Of a stretch of DNA of 32,000 nt, positions 29,484 through 32,000 are shown piece after piece (the first letter of the stretch is position 1; each line of letters starts with the position of its first letter). The DNA comes from Pirellula staleyi DSM 6068. Its GTDB lineage: Bacteria > Planctomycetota > Planctomycetia > Pirellulales > Pirellulaceae. Below the pieces are notes generated by a model. That model did not search any database. It was not told where the DNA came from and saw only the letters and a list, made by a program, of their open reading frames with translations. The stretch lies in assembly GCA_000025185.1 (NCBI GenBank), contig CP001848.1, forward strand, positions 3,510,001-3,542,000, read 5' to 3'. The position numbers were made by a program, and so were the translations under genes.

Positions 29484-32000
29484 TTACTCCCGCGTCATGA
29501 ATTGATCGAGATTCAGCATCACCCGCGATGCATGGTGCCACGCCTCTTGCTCGGCCCGCTGCGGATCGTGACCTGCCGCCAAACTGGCGGTTCGCTGCGC
29601 GTCGACAAGCTTGGCGAGGGTCGCCGCTTCACTCGACGACGCTGGTCGCGCCAGGCAAATCAGCACGAGTCGATCGATCCGCTGCCGCTCGATCTGCTCG
29701 GCGAGTGGCGCATCACCAGCTTCTGTTTTGGACGACTCAGCGGCTGGTACATCGCGCTGCACGCGCCGCGCGAGCCCGGCAGCGGCTTCGTAGAAAACCG
29801 GGTCGTTAAACAGGGTGAGCGCTTGCAGCGGCGTGTTGCTGATTTGCCGACGTGGAGAGGTTTCGTTCGAGTCGGGACAGTCGAACGTCATCAACATCGG
29901 ATAGGGGCTCGTCCGCTGAAAAAACGTGTACATTCCCCGGCGATAACGATCGCTGCCGGTCGATTCGGTCCACTTGGCACTCCCGGCATACGTGAGGCTG
30001 GCATACTCGGCTGGCTGAGGCGGACGAACACTCGCGCCACCAATCTGTGTCGCCAAATCACCCGCCGCAGCGAGCGAAATATCGCGAATCAGTTCCGCTT
30101 CAATCCGCCTTCGCACTTGCCGCGCCAGGAGGCTGTTATCAGGATCGATCGCCATGAGTTCTGGCCGCGCAACACTACTTTGGCGATAGGTGTGCGACCG
30201 CATGATGGTCCGGAGCAAATGCTTGAGACTCCAGTCGTGCTCGATGAAATCAGCAGCAAGCGCGTCGAGTAGTTCGGGATGCGTCGGTGGCGATCCTTGT
30301 TTGCCGAAATCGTCGCTCGAAGTGACGAGCCCTTTGCCAAACAGATGCAGCCAGACACGATTCACCAGCACCCGCGCCACCAGCGGGCTGGCATCGCTGG
30401 TCATCCAGTGGGCCAAATCGATCCGGTCGGCTGTGCTGCCGCGCGGTGAGAGTTTTGGCAGCGCGGCTGGAGTCCCCGGCTGCACCACATCGCCGGGGGA
30501 AAGAAAATCGCCACGAATGTGCAGCCGCGTTTCGCGCGGCGCTTTGCGCTCGACGAGCGATTGCACTTTCGCTTCGATTCGAAGCGCGGGACGCTTCGCG
30601 CGGTGATCGGCGATTTCTTTCGCAAGTTTCGCACGCTCCGCATCATTGTCGCGCACATGCTGCGCCATCACCTCGCGGTCAGCATCGCTCCGAGCTGCGG
30701 CGTCACGAGCCAGAATCGCCCGCAGATTTTCCGGTAACTTTTCGAGCAGTTTTTCGTCCGTCTTGGTCGACGTTTCCCAGCGCTCGATGGCCAATGCAAG
30801 TTGCTCGGCATCCCATTGAGCTAGATCGCTTTCGAGCTTCTTCAGACGTTTTTCGTAAGCATGCATCGCCTTGGCGAGCTGCTCCTGATCGCTCGCGCGC
30901 GGAACATCGGGATTCACTTCATCGGCGCTGTTAAACATCGCGTAGAGCGAAAAATATTCGCGCTGCGTGATCGGATCGTACTTGTGCGTATGACACTGCG
31001 CGCACCCCACCGTGAGCCCTAGAAAAACCGAACCGACTGTATTAATCCGGTCGACTGTCTTCTTGGTCCGATCCTCTTCTGGATCGATTCCCCCTTCGGC
31101 GTTGTGCAGCGTGTTGCGATGAAATCCACTCGCGATGGTCCCTTGCGGATCGGCAGGTGTCGCGAGCATATCTCCGGCGATTTGCAGCTGCGCGAATTGA
31201 TCGAACGGCAGATCGCTGTTGAGCGACTCGATCACCCAGTCGCGATAGCGAAACGCAAACTCGCGCGGCTTATCTTTTTCGTAGCCATCGCTGTCGGCAT
31301 ACCGGGCCAGATCGAGCCAGTGTCGTCCCCACCGCTCCCCAAAATGAGGCGAGGCGAGCAAGCGATCGAGCAACTGCTCGTAGGCATCCGGCGCCGTGCT
31401 GCTGGTGAACTTCGCTGCTTCTTCCGGCGTCGGCAGCAGACCGAGCAGGTCGAAGTAGACGCGCCGCAGCTGCGTGTGCTTCGGGGCTGCTGGTGCAGGT
31501 GCGATCTTCTCCCGCGCCAGGCGCTGCTGAACCCAGTCGTCGATAAAGTTCTCGCGCGCTGCTCCCCTGCCTGCGAGCAACTGCTGATCAACCTCGTGCA
31601 CCACGAGCGGCTGCCAGGCCCAGTGATCGCTGCCAACCGGCTTGGTTGCGTCGCTTTGCGGCCATGTGGCCCCCTCGTCGATCCAGCGTCGAATGAGAGC
31701 CACCTCGCCAGCAGAAAGTGGTTTACCTTTCCCCTCCGGCGGCATCTGCTCTAGTTCGTCGTCGCTTCCATCAAGGACTCGTGCCAGGCGACTATCGGCC
31801 GACTTACCCGCCGCGATCACCGGGCCGAGATCGCCACCCATCATGGCCCGCGCTCGATCGTCGAGCCGCAGCCCCGATTCTTGTACCTCGCTGCCGTGGC
31901 ACGAATAGCACGACCGCCTCAGCAGCGGCTCGATCTCTCGGGCATAGTCGACCTTGGGGAGGGCGCTCTGCGATGGCTCCTCGGCTGAACTGGTCCCCGC
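29484..32000 (-). CDS. Planctomycete cytochrome-c (PSCyt1) + DUF1549 + DUF1553 protein, N-terminus cut by the window edge
   Basis: The track ORF starts at 31844, but the frame stays open to 32000. I checked 31845-32000 for in-frame tta/cta/tca and found none. The upstream part translates as ...KVDYAREIEPLLRRSCYSCHGSEVQESGLRLDDRARAMMGG, which carries the CxxCH heme motif expected at the family N-terminus. DUF1549 segment RRVYFDLLGLLPTPEEAAKF ... RLLASPHFGERWGRHWLDLARYADSDGY. DUF1553 segment CAQCHTHKYDPITQREYFSLYAMF. Its stop lies 6 nt upstream of the start of the DUF1501 gene. Confidence 0.9.
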   Translation of the reverse strand, partial: AGTSSAEEPSQSALPKVDYAREIEPLLRRSCYSCHGSEVQESGLRLDDRARAMMGGDLGPVIAAGKSADSRLARVLDGSDDELEQMPPEGKGKPLSAGEVALIRRWIDEGATWPQSDATKPVGSDHWAWQPLVVHEVDQQLLAGRGAARENFIDDWVQQRLAREKIAPAPAAPKHTQLRRVYFDLLGLLPTPEEAAKFTSSTAPDAYEQLLDRLLASPHFGERWGRHWLDLARYADSDGYEKDKPREFAFRYRDWVIESLNSDLPFDQFAQLQIAGDMLATPADPQGTIASGFHRNTLHNAEGGIDPEEDRTKKTVDRINTVGSVFLGLTVGCAQCHTHKYDPITQREYFSLYAMFNSADEVNPDVPRASDQEQLAKAMHAYEKRLKKLESDLAQWDAEQLALAIERWETSTKTDEKLLEKLPENLRAILARDAAARSDADREVMAQHVRDNDAERAKLAKEIADHRAKRPALRIEAKVQSLVERKAPRETRLHIRGDFLSPGDVVQPGTPAALPKLSPRGSTADRIDLAHWMTSDASPLVARVLVNRVWLHLFGKGLVTSSDDFGKQGSPPTHPELLDALAADFIEHDWSLKHLLRTIMRSHTYRQSSVARPELMAIDPDNSLLARQVRRRIEAELIRDISLAAAGDLATQIGGASVRPPQPAEYASLTYAGSAKWTESTGSDRYRRGMYTFFQRTSPYPMLMTFDCPDSNETSPRRQISNTPLQALTLFNDPVFYEAAAGLARRVQRDVPAAESSKTEAGDAPLAEQIERQRIDRLVLICLARPASSSEAATLAKLVDAQRTASLAAGHDPQRAEQEAWHHASRVMLNLDQFMTRE

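Noticed and set aside
1-32000. Mobile elements, prophage or defence islands, tRNA/rRNA genes.
   Set aside because: I saw no transposase, integrase or recombinase motifs, no terminal inverted repeats flanking a block, no tRNA-like T-arm sequences in the intergenic regions, and no abrupt compositional island apart from short AT-richer spacers.

Overview
This is a gene-dense 32-kb chromosomal window that is moderately GC-rich by eye. I saw no rRNA, tRNA, CRISPR array, transposase or integrase. The gene content points to Planctomycetota of the Pirellulales type. The basis is two PSCyt/DUF1549/DUF1553 + DUF1501 gene pairs, a family pair that is hugely expanded in that phylum. This placement is inference; no search was run.

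Layout:
- (a) 1-6455, minus strand: a Ton/Tol-like motor operon. It runs: secreted prenyltransferase-repeat/HEAT protein, membrane-anchored unknown protein, MotA/TolQ/ExbB, ExbD, zinc-ribbon-ExbD fusion, then a membrane-anchored TPR-like protein. That last CDS runs off the left edge and is missing from the supplied ORF track. No recognisable TonB is present.
- (b) 6880-16241, plus strand: six tightly spaced genes for secreted proteins. They encode a 768-aa coiled-coil protein with a perfect 15-bp x14 tandem repeat (GEGKP), a TPR protein with a GK/GEGQ tract, an NPCBM-domain protein, one catalytically intact HtrA/DegP-like protease-PDZ protein, and two HtrA-like PDZ paralogs in which all three catalytic-triad residues are substituted.
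- (c) 16530-20819: pyruvate carboxylase followed by a class-I biotin ligase.
- (d) 21241-22263: an excisionase/MerR-type HTH fused to a B12-binding-like domain that lacks the canonical His ligand.
- (e) 22302-32000, minus strand: two PSCyt/DUF1549/DUF1553 + DUF1501 pairs flanking an EboE-like TIM-barrel gene. The last CDS runs off the right edge.

The best candidates for an undescribed system are the six-gene secreted cluster with its one-live/two-dead protease set, and the TonB-less ExbB/ExbD cluster transcribed divergently from it.

All domain calls come from motifs read by eye in the supplied translations. No HMM or BLAST search was possible. Many long ORFs in the track are antisense mirror ORFs and were rejected.
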